DNA of 64,000 nt, taken from an uncultured virus (IMG/VR IMGVR_UViG_3300027793_000005). Lineage: Duplodnaviria > Heunggongvirae > Uroviricota > Caudoviricetes. Shown one piece after another: positions 8,333 to 17,769 of this stretch (the first letter of the stretch is position 1; the number at the start of each line of letters is the position of its first letter). The stretch is from the IMG/VR virus record IMGVR_UViG_3300027793_000005. One strand, given 5' to 3'. The notes beneath the pieces were generated by a model. That model was not told the origin of the DNA and did not search any database. It was given only the letters and a program-made list of their open reading frames with translations. The position numbers and the translations under genes were made by a program.

Positions 8333-9184
8333 TTAAGCCGTGACGCTGCTGTAGTAGCCGTGGGTCAGGACGTTCATCTTGACCAGAATCTCCGGATACA
8401 CAGTGAAGAGGATGGTGGACGCCGCCGGGATCGCCGTGACACCGCCCGGAACCGCAACCGCCGCGTTGAGCGTGACCGAAGTCGCACCCGCCGAAGCGCC
8501 CGCAGTCACGAAGGACGAGGTCTCGATGATCTGGCCGTTCGACGCAAGGTACGACACGCTCGCACCAACCGGGATCGCAGCCGAGAGGCCCGAACCAGTC
8601 AGAGTGATCGCCGTGCCCGAGGACGAACCCGTACCCGTGGCAACCGAAGCGGTATCCTCAACCACACCGACGCAGCGAAGCGGCAGGATGGTCGAAACCG
8701 GGGTAGCAACCGGAGCGAGGACAGCGTTGGCCGAGTTGCCCGTGTTGAGGCTCGACGCAACAGCCGCGTTGTCGATAGCCGACAGGTTAGTGCCGACCAG
8801 CGCCTTCGCGCCCGAAGCGAGGACCGTCGTAGCCGAGCAGACAACCGCCTTGAACACCGTATCCGGATCATCCACGACGTAAGCAACCGCATCGCCAGCC
8901 TGCGTACCGCTGGGCCAGAACTGCGAGAACTGCTTCTGCTTGGTGATCGGATTGGTGTAGGAACAGCCGACGAACACGCCAGTGACAGCGTTGGAAGCGG
9001 TGGTCGCGCCGATCGCCGCACGGGTCACAAACCCGCGAGACAGGACGACGAAATCACCATTGAAGATGTTCGTGGCGAAGCCGTACTGGATGGGGTACAT
9101 CCGAGTACTGCCAGCGAACACCTGCCCGCCGATCAGATTGACCGGCTTAAGCCCGTAGGGGGCATCGACAGAGGGATAAGCCAT
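8333..9184 (-). CDS. Capsid-associated (decoration/minor capsid) protein
   Basis: APYGLKPV...IFNGD.V...GVFVGCSYT.P...DDPD..F motif immediately upstream of MCP. Confidence 0.7.
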   Translation of the reverse strand: MAYPSVDAPYGLKPVNLIGGQVFAGSTRMYPIQYGFATNIFNGDFVVLSRGFVTRAAIGATTASNAVTGVFVGCSYTNPITKQKQFSQFWPSGTQAGDAVAYVVDDPDTVFKAVVCSATTVLASGAKALVGTNLSAIDNAAVASSLNTGNSANAVLAPVATPVSTILPLRCVGVVEDTASVATGTGSSSGTAITLTGSGLSAAIPVGASVSYLASNGQIIETSSFVTAGASAGATSVTLNAAVAVPGGVTAIPAASTILFTVYPEILVKMNVLTHGYYSSVTA

Positions 9185-9206
9185 TAGGTACTCCTAAGAG
9201 GTGGAT

Positions 9207-9656
9207 TTATTTGCCTTTGCCGAACGACGTCGTAGAGCGGCGCTCGTTGAAGAGCGGCATTCTCGGGTCGTTCAACTTCATGAAACTGTTGTCCACGGAC
9301 TCGGTCTGAGATTTGGCCTGACGCTCGTAGTAAGCATCACGCTGCTTCATCAGTTCTTCGGGTGCCTTGCACAACAGCAAGCCGCCGATCTCGATGTTCC
9401 CCTTGAAGCGGGAATTCGGGTCGGACATATGCATCAACTCGGGATGATCTTCGGCCTTCACAGGCTCCCAACCTTCCCGCAACTTTGCAGACGTGTTCGA
9501 CGGGTCAGCAGTGCCCATCGAGGAGGTCCGGATGTATCGGAACACCCACCCCGGCTGCGGAGCAGGGTCCGGCAGGGTCTGAGGGGGCGTCCAAGTCTTC
9601 GTGCGCTGCGCGGTCTCTCGACTTTCGAGTTCACGGGCGAGTCTGTTATCAGCCAT
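9207..9656 (-). CDS. Conserved head-module protein (W.PP..LP.P...REGWEPV...GGLLLCK.P)
   Basis: Motif and synteny between scaffold and capsid genes. Confidence 0.7.
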   Translation of the reverse strand: MADNRLARELESRETAQRTKTWTPPQTLPDPAPQPGWVFRYIRTSSMGTADPSNTSAKLREGWEPVKAEDHPELMHMSDPNSRFKGNIEIGGLLLCKAPEELMKQRDAYYERQAKSQTESVDNSFMKLNDPRMPLFNERRSTTSFGKGK

Positions 9657-10611
9657 TGTTGTTCTCCAGTTTCATGACTTCACGGGCATACTGTTCATTG
9701 CTCAGGCCAAATCTCTTGGCGAGAGCGACTTGAGTAGGCGTCAAAGTGATCTTGCGAGGTGCCGTAGACCTCGTAACGGGAGCCACTACATTGGCTGGCT
9801 TTGTGCGAGAAGGCCTTTCAGCCCCACTCGTTTGAGTCTGCTCTTCCTCGAAAGTTTCGGGGAATCGCTTCCTCATCGTCGCGTTAACTCGGTCGTAGTA
9901 CTCGTCGCTACGCGGATCGACGCCGGACCGGACCAGTTTTTCGTGCAGTCCCAAGGCGAGAGCGGTCATCTCTTCGTCCACGCCGAACCACGGATTGTTC
10001 GCACGCCACGCTTCGGCTTTTGGGTCCGCAACGGGCTGCGCCGGGGGCGCTTGGTACTGTTGTGTATTTTCTACACTCCTTTCCTCTTCCTGTAAAGAGG
10101 GTCGGAAGTTTTCGTACTGCTTGATCTTCAACTTGGCGTCGGTCAGGGCTTCCTGCGCATCGGTGATCTTTTCAGAATCGCCGGAGTCATAAGCCTGCTT
10201 CAGGCGCTCCTTGGCGGCAGCGAGGTCGGTGTTAGCCGCCTTCGTCACCTCTTGGATGTACGCCTTCTCGCCATTCCCAAGTCGTTGTTTCAGTTGGCGA
10301 ATTTCCTGCTCACGCATCTGAGCGAACCGGAGGGCTTCCTCCTTCTCGCGGAATGCGGCTTCCTTGGCCCGGCGCTCGTCGTGCCAGACCTTCTTCATCT
10401 GCCCGAGACGCTTCTTGACCTTATCCGAGTACTCCTCAAGGTCGTCCTTGTCCAACTCCTCCACAACCTCCTTGGGCATGGGGGCGCGGCCACGGTCCTG
10501 TGGCGGGGTATCGTCCTCGATCTTGATCTCGAACTCAGGCTCCACCTTCTCAGCAGGTGCGTCAGCAGGCTGCTCGTCAGGGAACTTGAACTCTTCTGCT
10601 TCAGTGTTCAT
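9649..10611 (-). CDS. Capsid scaffolding protein
   Basis: Acidic N-terminus, long coiled coil, W...N.WFG, C-terminal LT..QV.LAKR.G...EQYA. Confidence 0.75.
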   Translation of the reverse strand: MNTEAEEFKFPDEQPADAPAEKVEPEFEIKIEDDTPPQDRGRAPMPKEVVEELDKDDLEEYSDKVKKRLGQMKKVWHDERRAKEAAFREKEEALRFAQMREQEIRQLKQRLGNGEKAYIQEVTKAANTDLAAAKERLKQAYDSGDSEKITDAQEALTDAKLKIKQYENFRPSLQEEERSVENTQQYQAPPAQPVADPKAEAWRANNPWFGVDEEMTALALGLHEKLVRSGVDPRSDEYYDRVNATMRKRFPETFEEEQTQTSGAERPSRTKPANVVAPVTRSTAPRKITLTPTQVALAKRFGLSNEQYAREVMKLENNNG

Positions 10612-10620
10612 CTCTGCTCC

Positions 10621-10998
10621 TTATGCGCGACGGATGCCACGGGGGTCATCGACCACCGCTTCCACCTTGTCGTCGGTGATGATGCGGAACTCACGTCCGT
10701 GAATGACCACGCGGGTACCTTGGTACGGGCGAGTGAGGACAAAATCCCCTACCTTGCACCATGCCCCAGTCGGGAAACGGCTTTCATCCTTGTAGCAGAG
10801 ATCACCCATTTTCAGGACGAAAAGAACGACCGTAGTCTGCTCCTCGACCCGCTTGGTGTCCTCAGCCTTGATGATGCCGCTCTCGTACTCCTCTTCCACG
10901 TGCGGGATTGCACAGAGGATATGGTAGCCCTTGGGGTCAGGCAGGAGTTTGGCCCTCGCGGCCTCTTCCTGCGTCTTCTCGATGTCGATATTACTCAT
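10621..10998 (-). CDS. groES: Co-chaperonin GroES-like protein
   Basis: LP.P.G..IL, SGII, V.K.GD.CY, WCKVGD.V....Y.G, RII.DD.V.AVV of Cpn10 fold. Confidence 0.8.
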   Translation of the reverse strand: MSNIDIEKTQEEAARAKLLPDPKGYHILCAIPHVEEEYESGIIKAEDTKRVEEQTTVVLFVLKMGDLCYKDESRFPTGAWCKVGDFVLTRPYQGTRVVIHGREFRIITDDKVEAVVDDPRGIRRA

Positions 10999-11185
10999 CT
11001 GCGGCCTCCAGCCGTTTTGCTAGGTCTTTGATGTAGTTCCTTGCGAGTTCAAGACCCTGTAACTTCCCGCAAAGACGTTTGTACTCGGCTTCGTCCGACT
11101 TGCCTTGGATCAGGTGCGCGACGACGATCGCGGTCTCCTCATCGAGTTTCGATACAAGGTAGTCAAGAGCGTTGTCGTGGTTCAT
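10991..11185 (-). CDS. Small conserved protein between portal and GroES
   Basis: EYKRLCG..QGL motif; coupled ORF. Confidence 0.65.
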   Translation of the reverse strand: MNHDNALDYLVSKLDEETAIVVAHLIQGKSDEAEYKRLCGKLQGLELARNYIKDLAKRLEAADE

Positions 11186-13731
11186 TCTTCACCTGCGCCT
11201 TTCGGCGGCTGTTGCACCCTCTGACGGGCGGATTCGCGCTGGATCTCGGCGGCTTCCTTCGCCTTACCGATCTCGACACCGAGGCGGACACCCTCGCGAC
11301 TCTGTTCAGCCTTGTGCTTCTGGATGTCCACGCCCATCTGCGCAGCCTGAAGTTGCTGCCGACCGGAGTTCTCAGCCCTACGAAGGTCGAGTTCATCAGC
11401 CTTGGCCGCTGCATCGAGCAAGTCCTTCTGCTGCTTGCGCTGCTGTTCAGCCTGCTTGATCTGCGCGTCGATCTGCATCTGCTGGGCCTTGGTCCGCGCC
11501 ACCAACTCCTTGATCTGGAGGTCCATCATCTGCATCTGGACGAGCGGGTCCTGTGCCTGCTGCTGAGCCTGCGCGGCCTGCGCTTCGGCCTGATCCTTCT
11601 GCAAGACACGCGCTGCGGCGGCGGCGACGAGCGGAGAGAGTTGCGCCTCGAACTCAGGCGGCAGGTCGTACTCCTCCTGATCATCCTGCGGCAGGGGCGG
11701 CAGAGCAGCGCCCAACTGCTTCTCGATCTCACGGCGGTACTGGAACGCCATATGCTCCATGATGTGCGCCTGCAACGAGGCCGTGATCTGCTGCGCCATC
11801 GGGTTCTGCCCGATCGTCTGGGCGATCTTCGGGTCCTGCGCGAGAGCCATGTGGACAGCGATGTGCGCCTCATGGTCTTGGTACATGAACGCCTTCACAG
11901 GCTTGCCCGTCATCACGTCCATGTTCTCGGTGATCGGATCACGCGGCTTGGCGTCATCCGGCAGCGGCACGATCTTGTCGGCGTTCTTGACCCCGAGGGT
12001 CTCGATCATCTGCCTGTGGAGATACGGCAGGTTGTAGATCTGCGGCGCGGTCGAGGAGAGTTGATGCACCGCTTGGTACTGCACGATCTTCTGCGACATC
12101 GTCGCCGCGTTCGGGTCCGACACCGGGATGACATCCACGTTGTCGTAGTCGGCCTTCTTGGCCTTCCGATCGCCCACTTCCGGCTCGTACGAATACTCAT
12201 CCGGGGTGTTGTCACGGATGATGCCCGCAAGCAGTTTGAACTCCTGCTTCATGGCGTAGTAGACACGCGCCTGCACGGCGGTCATCACCTTGAGGACGCG
12301 CTCCAGCACGGCGAGCGTAGTACCGACCGGGGCCTGCGCGGACATGTCCGAGATCTTGAGATCCGACACCGCAGCGAACCTGCGACCGTCCTCCACGATC
12401 TTGTCCATCAGCATCGAGAGGGTCTGGCTCGGCTCCTTGTACGGGAGCGGCAGGATGTTATCGCGGATCGACCCGCTCGGGACATCTACGTCCCTGAACT
12501 CTCCGGGGGAGACCGGGGTGTCATCGCCCTTGATACGCAGGCCGCGTGACTTGAGGCCACCCGGAAGATTGCTGAGAGTGCCTGCATCGACAAGTTGGCG
12601 AAGGATGGAAGTAGCGGCCTTGCTGTGTCCACCGATGAGATGGATGAGGCCGAAATAGTAGAAGCCGAAGCCGGGGATGTACCCGTAGTGGACGAAGTGC
12701 TGTCGCTTCTCCTTGAGTTCATCGTCTTCACGCCAGTTGCGCCGGATGGCGAGGATCGTGTTCGTGCCCTTGTCGATCGTCACCACGTACGGAAGGGCGA
12801 TCCCCGTCTCGTTGTTGTCCTTGTCCACATCCGGGTAACCCGGCAGGTCGAGGTTCACGTGCATCTCAAGAAGCAGGAACCGCTCGTCCATCGTCGCTGA
12901 GAAGCCTTGGTCCTGCGCCTTCTGCTTCTCCACCTCATCGAGGATCTTGACCGGATCGCCTAGGTCGATGTCCCGATAGAACCCGTTGTACTGGAGTTTG
13001 CGCAGTTCGTTCTTCGTCTTGCGCATCCGGTGCGTGACCCGGTCCGCCGCCTCAAGGCTCGACGCCCCATAGGGCACGACGATGTCCTCAGCCGGGATAT
13101 ACACCGCCGTCTGGCGGTTGAGCGAGGGGTCGAAGTAGACTTTCTTGAAGGCGTTGCCCGAGAGAGACAGCGAGAGGAGCAGGCGCTCATGCTCAGGCCG
13201 GTACTCCTTCATCTTCTCGGTCAACTGATAGTTCATGTCCTCCGCAACGCGGATCGCAGCGTCCTTCTTCTCCGGGGTCTCCTTGCCGATGATCTTGGCC
13301 TTGACCGGGCCTGCCGCCGGGAAGGTCTCCATGATGGTCTCGGACTGGAACTTGACCGCCGATTCCATCAGGAGGGGGTGGTTGACCCCGCATGCACGCG
13401 GCCACGGCTCGGTGCGCTCTTCGTACTTGATGCCGAGGATCTTGAGGCCATCCACGTAGGTGTCGAGCCACTCCTTGCGCGAAGCGATGTCTTGGTCGTA
13501 GAACCCGCCCAACTCGGTGGCGAGGCCCTGCAACTCACCCTCGCTCATGTACTCGGCAAGATTCGCATCGAAGTCCTCCGCCCGAGGCTCATCCTTCATC
13601 AACTCGATTATGGCCCCGTCGATGCCGATCGACACTGCCTCCGGGTCCTCGATCTGGATGTCGATGGCTGGCTCGGGAGACAGGGCGTCAAGCCCCATCG
13701 GCGCTTCGTAGAGACTCTTGTCGATGGCCAT
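11182..13731 (-). CDS. Portal protein with Q-rich coiled-coil C-terminal extension
   Basis: Follows TerL; SR.EW...Y..GL..LG, HP.L.E....FQ, G.AFKKVY.D, GFY..GLIH motifs; 849 aa. Confidence 0.88.
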   Translation of the reverse strand: MAIDKSLYEAPMGLDALSPEPAIDIQIEDPEAVSIGIDGAIIELMKDEPRAEDFDANLAEYMSEGELQGLATELGGFYDQDIASRKEWLDTYVDGLKILGIKYEERTEPWPRACGVNHPLLMESAVKFQSETIMETFPAAGPVKAKIIGKETPEKKDAAIRVAEDMNYQLTEKMKEYRPEHERLLLSLSLSGNAFKKVYFDPSLNRQTAVYIPAEDIVVPYGASSLEAADRVTHRMRKTKNELRKLQYNGFYRDIDLGDPVKILDEVEKQKAQDQGFSATMDERFLLLEMHVNLDLPGYPDVDKDNNETGIALPYVVTIDKGTNTILAIRRNWREDDELKEKRQHFVHYGYIPGFGFYYFGLIHLIGGHSKAATSILRQLVDAGTLSNLPGGLKSRGLRIKGDDTPVSPGEFRDVDVPSGSIRDNILPLPYKEPSQTLSMLMDKIVEDGRRFAAVSDLKISDMSAQAPVGTTLAVLERVLKVMTAVQARVYYAMKQEFKLLAGIIRDNTPDEYSYEPEVGDRKAKKADYDNVDVIPVSDPNAATMSQKIVQYQAVHQLSSTAPQIYNLPYLHRQMIETLGVKNADKIVPLPDDAKPRDPITENMDVMTGKPVKAFMYQDHEAHIAVHMALAQDPKIAQTIGQNPMAQQITASLQAHIMEHMAFQYRREIEKQLGAALPPLPQDDQEEYDLPPEFEAQLSPLVAAAAARVLQKDQAEAQAAQAQQQAQDPLVQMQMMDLQIKELVARTKAQQMQIDAQIKQAEQQRKQQKDLLDAAAKADELDLRRAENSGRQQLQAAQMGVDIQKHKAEQSREGVRLGVEIGKAKEAAEIQRESARQRVQQPPKGAGEE

Positions 13732-15242
13732 CAGTAGTAACCCTCACGTCTATGACTCTTGAACCATTTCACTGGCTCCGGCTCGTCGCTCGGCAATCGG
13801 ATGAACCCTCCTTGCCTGAACCGGATCAGGGCGAGGGTCGTCGCGTCAACCAAGTCGTCGTGGGTACCCGAGGGGAAATCGTTGCATTCCTCAACTACCT
13901 CCCAAGCCCAACGGCGATCCGGTGTCCAGACTATACCTGAGTGGAACAGATCTGACACAGCATTCACTCGGCTGATCTTGTCCTGTCCCTTGCCCGGCGT
14001 GAACTCAGCCACCGGGACGCCCATCCGGCGCATCTCCTGATAGAGCGCTGCACCGTTCGACTTCTTCTCGACCACGAAGGTGTCGGGTTGCCAATCCTTG
14101 TACTCCTCCAAGACCCGCTGTTTCAGTTCAGGGAACTCAAGGCGCTCCTTGATCGCGTTCAGGAGGATGATGTTGTAGTTCTTGGTCTCCTCGTTGAAGA
14201 ACACCCCCCAAGTCAGGAGGGCGTTGTAGTCCGAGCGGTTGGTCTTCTCTTGTGCAGCGTCGAGCGTCATTATGATGTGCTCGCACGGAGGGGGGTCCTC
14301 CTTCTCCCACACCCGCCACCACTCACGCTTGATGAGGGCACCCTCCTCAGAGGTCGGCTGCTGCATGTACTGGGCCTGCCAGTATCGCACGTCCATCGAG
14401 GCTTTCTTGGCGAGCAACTCATCGATGCCCCAGAACTCGGGCCAGAGCGGCTTCTCGTTGAGAATGGCCGGAAACTCGATGACCTCCCACTGATCAGCCC
14501 CGTCTTCACGGGTCATGTGGTCCACGATCTTGCCGGTGAGGTCGGATTTGCTCCAACGGGTCATCACGACGATGATCGAACCACCCGGCATCAGTCGCTG
14601 GACGGGTCCTGACTGGAACCACTCCCACGCTGGCTCAAATACGTCCGCACGTCCCTGTTTAGCGTCTTGCTCAGAGTGAGGATCATCAATAATAAAAAGG
14701 TCGGCACCGCGACCAGCAAGAGCGCCGCCGACGCCAATAGCAAAGTACTCTCCGTTAAAATTAGTACCCCAACGAGAAGCGCTTTTGGAGTCTGCTTGGA
14801 GTTCAACTTGCGGGAAAATGTCACGATAAGACTCCGAACCGACGAGGTTACGCACCCGGCGACCGAAGTTCACCGCAAGATCAGCGGTGTGGGACGCCAT
14901 GATGACCTTTTTATGCGGATTTTTGCCTAAAAACCACGCCGGAGCGAGGTACGAGATCATCTCGGACTTGCCATGACGCGGAGCGATGTTGACGATCACC
15001 CTTTTCTTGCGTCCGGCCTCGATATCTTCAAAGATTTTGCCCAATTTCCGGTGGTGCGGGCCTACTTTGTACCCCGGATAGACGTGCTGGATGAAGTCGA
15101 GGAAGGAATCCTTGCCCAGTTTCTGCGTGACCTGCGTCTGATACTGCTTCAGGAGGTCAGCGACACGTCGTTTGTCCTTCTCTGACATGGAAGGCAGCGC
15201 ATTTTTGAGCGTTTGGACCTTTTCAGGCGTCAGTTGCAACAC
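13731..15242 (-). CDS. terL: Terminase large subunit
   Basis: Walker A variant NIAPRHGKSE, GRGADLFIIDDPH, coupling motif VMTRW, RNase H nuclease with HDDLVDA; likely GTG start 15242 (track start 15278). Confidence 0.93.
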   Translation of the reverse strand: MLQLTPEKVQTLKNALPSMSEKDKRRVADLLKQYQTQVTQKLGKDSFLDFIQHVYPGYKVGPHHRKLGKIFEDIEAGRKKRVIVNIAPRHGKSEMISYLAPAWFLGKNPHKKVIMASHTADLAVNFGRRVRNLVGSESYRDIFPQVELQADSKSASRWGTNFNGEYFAIGVGGALAGRGADLFIIDDPHSEQDAKQGRADVFEPAWEWFQSGPVQRLMPGGSIIVVMTRWSKSDLTGKIVDHMTREDGADQWEVIEFPAILNEKPLWPEFWGIDELLAKKASMDVRYWQAQYMQQPTSEEGALIKREWWRVWEKEDPPPCEHIIMTLDAAQEKTNRSDYNALLTWGVFFNEETKNYNIILLNAIKERLEFPELKQRVLEEYKDWQPDTFVVEKKSNGAALYQEMRRMGVPVAEFTPGKGQDKISRVNAVSDLFHSGIVWTPDRRWAWEVVEECNDFPSGTHDDLVDATTLALIRFRQGGFIRLPSDEPEPVKWFKSHRREGYY

Positions 15243-15777
15243 TTTTCTCGCCCACGACCCTGTATTCGATGCCCTCAAGCACCGTCAGCAACTCCTTCTC
15301 GACCTCTTCGATCGGCTTGATCTGCACCGTCATCTCGGTACGCTTCTTGAAGGCGTCGATCCCGTCTACTTCACCAAGTTTCGCAAGTGCTGCGATGCGG
15401 GTCTTGCTGTTGTCAGCCTTCTCAGCCTCTTCAAAAAGCCTGTTGATGACGTAGAGTTTCAGTTGCGCAAGGTCATCCACGATCATGTGGTTGTACCGCG
15501 CAGCCATCCCAGCCAGCATGGCGATCGTTTCGTTCGGGTACTTGCTGTAGTCGATCCGCGTATGCGGGTCTTCAAGTTGGGCACGGGCCAGAGCCTTCGC
15601 CTGCTCCATGTCCTCCTCGTTCGCAAGCAGCGGAATCCCCGTCAGTTCGGAGACAAGCCGGATGGTCCTCGCCCTCATCTCAACTTCCGCTTCGGGAGTG
15701 AGGTCCGGCAAGGCATCTGCTGCGTTGGCAGGGAGCGGTACGTTCTCTTCTATCTCAGGTATCAACACATCGTGCAT
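15223..15777 (-). CDS. Putative terminase small subunit
   Basis: First gene of the late operon directly upstream of terL; helical; RI.AL..LG...GIDAF motif. Confidence 0.6.
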   Translation of the reverse strand: MHDVLIPEIEENVPLPANAADALPDLTPEAEVEMRARTIRLVSELTGIPLLANEEDMEQAKALARAQLEDPHTRIDYSKYPNETIAMLAGMAARYNHMIVDDLAQLKLYVINRLFEEAEKADNSKTRIAALAKLGEVDGIDAFKKRTEMTVQIKPIEEVEKELLTVLEGIEYRVVGEKSVATDA

Positions 15778-16071
15778 GGCGTAACGGGGCCAAGTTCCCT
15801 AGGTGCGCACACTATATATGAAGTGAAACGGCATGGAACCAAAAAAGCAATGGGGGGTGTTTCTATAGCAAGGGGGGTGGGGGTAGTCTGGTAAAACTTA
15901 ACACATGATGTAGGGAACTTGGGAAGAACGCGGTGGTTTGTGCAGATCCTAGTGTAGAGGTGAGACTGTGGGACTCCGATTTTGTTTCGGGGGGCTGGGT
16001 AGTGGTGGGGTCGCGTCTGGCGGCATCCGGCCTAGCCTAGCGTGCCGCGCTCGAGGTCGCGCCCCGTGTGG

Positions 16072-16087
16072 CGTATTAGGTAATACG
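16072..16087. promoter_or_regulatory. Palindromic box CGTATT-AGGT-AATACG upstream of promoter P1
   Basis: One of about 16 copies of the motif. Confidence 0.8.
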
Positions 16088-16125
16088 CTGTTGCGAAAAT
16101 ACATCGAAAAAAGTCTAGCGGATGC

Positions 16126-16153
16126 GGAACTAATCCCGCCCCGGCCTGTCCAA
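16126..16153 (+). promoter_or_regulatory. ECF/sigmaE-like promoter P1 (GGAAC-N17-GTCCAA)
   Basis: Matches RpoE-type -35/-10; duplicated at 17770-17797; lies ~45 nt before ATG 16200. Confidence 0.6.
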
Positions 16154-16199
16154 TCTACTGTAACCAACAACAACGCGCTACGGCGCACAGGAGATTACG

Positions 16200-16808
16200 A
16201 TGCTCGACTACGCTATCACCCTCGGCTATCTCAACGAGGTCGCCGCCGGTCAGTCCGGTGCGGCTATCGCCCGCGACGCGCTCCGCAAGGCCATTCCGGG
16301 CTACTTCCCGGACGCGCCGACGGTCGCCGCCATCAAGGCCACCACGGACTCGGAGGCGTGGCAGGACTTCGACGGCAAGGCTCGCCGCATCTTCGCGGTC
16401 GCGTGGACAACCGCGCCCCGCATGGTGAAGTTCGCCGCTGACGGCGAGGCCGAGTCCTACACGCCGACCGGTTCCGACCTCGACCTCTGGGTGGCGGACA
16501 AGGCGACCGCTAAGGCATACGACCCGCGCCAGACCGCCATCCGCAAGGCCATGCAAGCCTATGTCCGGGTGTCCGTGAAGCAGAACATCGCGGACTTCAT
16601 CCCGGAGGCCATCGATGCGGTCGAGGCGGATAAGGCTCCGGCCTTGCCTGACCCGGTTAAGGTTCTGGCGATGGTGGACGCCGCGCTCGTCATCCTGTCC
16701 GAGCATGACAACAAGGCCGCGCTGGCCTTGCTGAACGGGTTGGATGCTCTCGTCACGGTCTGCCGCAAGCCTCTTTCGGAGGGCAAGGCGCTGAAGGCGA
16801 AAGCCTAA
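16200..16808 (+). CDS. First early gene, Ala-rich hypothetical protein, monocistronic
   Basis: AGGAG RBS, strong codon bias, own promoter and terminator, palindromic boxes on both sides. Confidence 0.8.
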   Translation: MLDYAITLGYLNEVAAGQSGAAIARDALRKAIPGYFPDAPTVAAIKATTDSEAWQDFDGKARRIFAVAWTTAPRMVKFAADGEAESYTPTGSDLDLWVADKATAKAYDPRQTAIRKAMQAYVRVSVKQNIADFIPEAIDAVEADKAPALPDPVKVLAMVDAALVILSEHDNKAALALLNGLDALVTVCRKPLSEGKALKAKA

Positions 16809-16816
16809 CGGCCTAG

Positions 16817-16832
16817 CGTATTAGGTAATACG
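16817..16832. promoter_or_regulatory. Palindromic box CGTATT-AGGT-AATACG
   Basis: Identical 18-mer to 16071-16088. Confidence 0.8.
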
Positions 16833-16834
16833 CG

Positions 16835-16865
16835 ACCCCTGCTAGGGCAACCTAGCGGGGGTTTT
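16835..16865 (+). terminator. Rho-independent terminator
   Basis: ACCCCTGCTAGG-GCAA-CCTAGCGGGGGT followed by TTT. Confidence 0.85.
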
Positions 16866-16925
16866 GCCGTTCTCGCCCCCCCTCGCGGCTCGGCTCGGCT
16901 CTCCTGACCCTCCGGGTCAGTCGAG

Positions 16926-17001
16926 GCCAGTTCCTTGTCGGATGCCAGTTCTCTAGGCGATGCCAGTTCTACGAAGCCAGTTCTTAGTGCGAAGCCAGTT
17001 C
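16926..17001 (+). repeat. Five iteron-like GCCAGTTC repeats (spacing 18,18,14,18)
   Basis: Copies at 16926, 16944, 16962, 16976, 16994; a sixth at 17677. Confidence 0.85.
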
Positions 17002-17015
17002 CCGTTGGGCGAGCG

Positions 17016-17110
17016 TCGATCCTTAATCCCCCAAAACGATAACGTGACTTATAGAGAGTTTATCGAAGCCTTGTGAGTCTCAGCATCGATTCTTAATCCC
17101 CCAAAACGAT
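17016..17110 (+). repeat. Direct repeat TCGAT(C/T)CTTAATCCCCCAAAACGAT, two copies
   Basis: 17016-17040 and 17086-17110. Confidence 0.85.
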
Positions 17111-17648
17111 GGATAATGCCCGTTTGTTCCAGAAAATAGTGCCAGTTTGTTCCATTTGTTCCAAGCGAATTCTTTGGTTGGAACAAAATATGTCGTTGAT
17201 TTATATAGCAAAAGTGGCACTTTGTTCCATTTGTTCCAATGTTCCAAAAATAGGCTAGAGGGGAGGAAGGGCAAGGGGCGAGGAGCAGCATCATTCTGGG
17301 CCATCTTTAATGACGTATAAGCACTGGGTCACTTTCCCCGTTATACCCTATTTTCCACTATGCGTGGAACAAGCCCTTTTTTGACCCTCTACTACTACTA
17401 CTACTATAAAATAATATCAATATCTTCTTCTTCTTCTCTACAAAATCAACGACTTGCGAAACCACCCCTCCGCTCGACCACTCCCAATTTTGAAGAATAA
17501 GTTCCGTTACGATTTTGGAACACTTGGAACAAATGGAACAAACGAGCATTATCCTGTCAAAACTTGGAACAACCGTATTATCTAATACCGTCAGAATCTA
17601 TCTAGCCGTTGGAACACTTGGAACAAATGGAACAAACGGGCATTATCC
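17111..17648. repeat. Origin-like region: inverted arrays of TGGAACA repeats around an AT-rich core
   Basis: Perfect 21-bp inverted repeat 17111-17131/17628-17648; 40-bp direct repeat 17515-17554/17609-17648 (1 mismatch); (CTA)n and (CTT)n tracts. Confidence 0.75.
17444..17456 (+). promoter_or_regulatory. IHF consensus site AATCAA-CGAC-TTG
   Basis: Exact WATCAR-N4-TTR with upstream AT tract; near-inverted copy around 17189-17201. Confidence 0.6.
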
Positions 17649-17717
17649 CTTGCCCCCACCTCGATGCTACAACGATGCCAGTTCTATAACGCTGGCGGAT
17701 CTATAACGCTGCCCGAC

Positions 17718-17733
17718 CGTATTACCCAATACG
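17718..17733. promoter_or_regulatory. Palindromic box CGTATT-ACCC-AATACG upstream of promoter P2
   Basis: Similar spacing to promoter as at P1 (36 vs 38 nt). Confidence 0.8.
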
Positions 17734-17769
17734 CTGTTCGGGAATCACGACGATTTTCCACCGATTCAC

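Noticed and set aside
11041..12549. Long antisense ORFs (e.g. 502 aa here; also 34301-35362, 47830-49224)
   Set aside because: Shadow frames of high-GC genes with clear motifs on the opposite strand.
15914..15945. Third sigmaE promoter at GGAACTT
   Set aside because: No matching -10 element at 16-17 nt; better explained as an arm of the 12-bp inverted repeat.
16926..17650. CRISPR array or mini-array
   Set aside because: Repeats are 8-40 bp, irregularly spaced and lack unique 30-40-nt spacers. The PD-(D/E)XK gene is a typical phage replication nuclease, not part of a cas operon.
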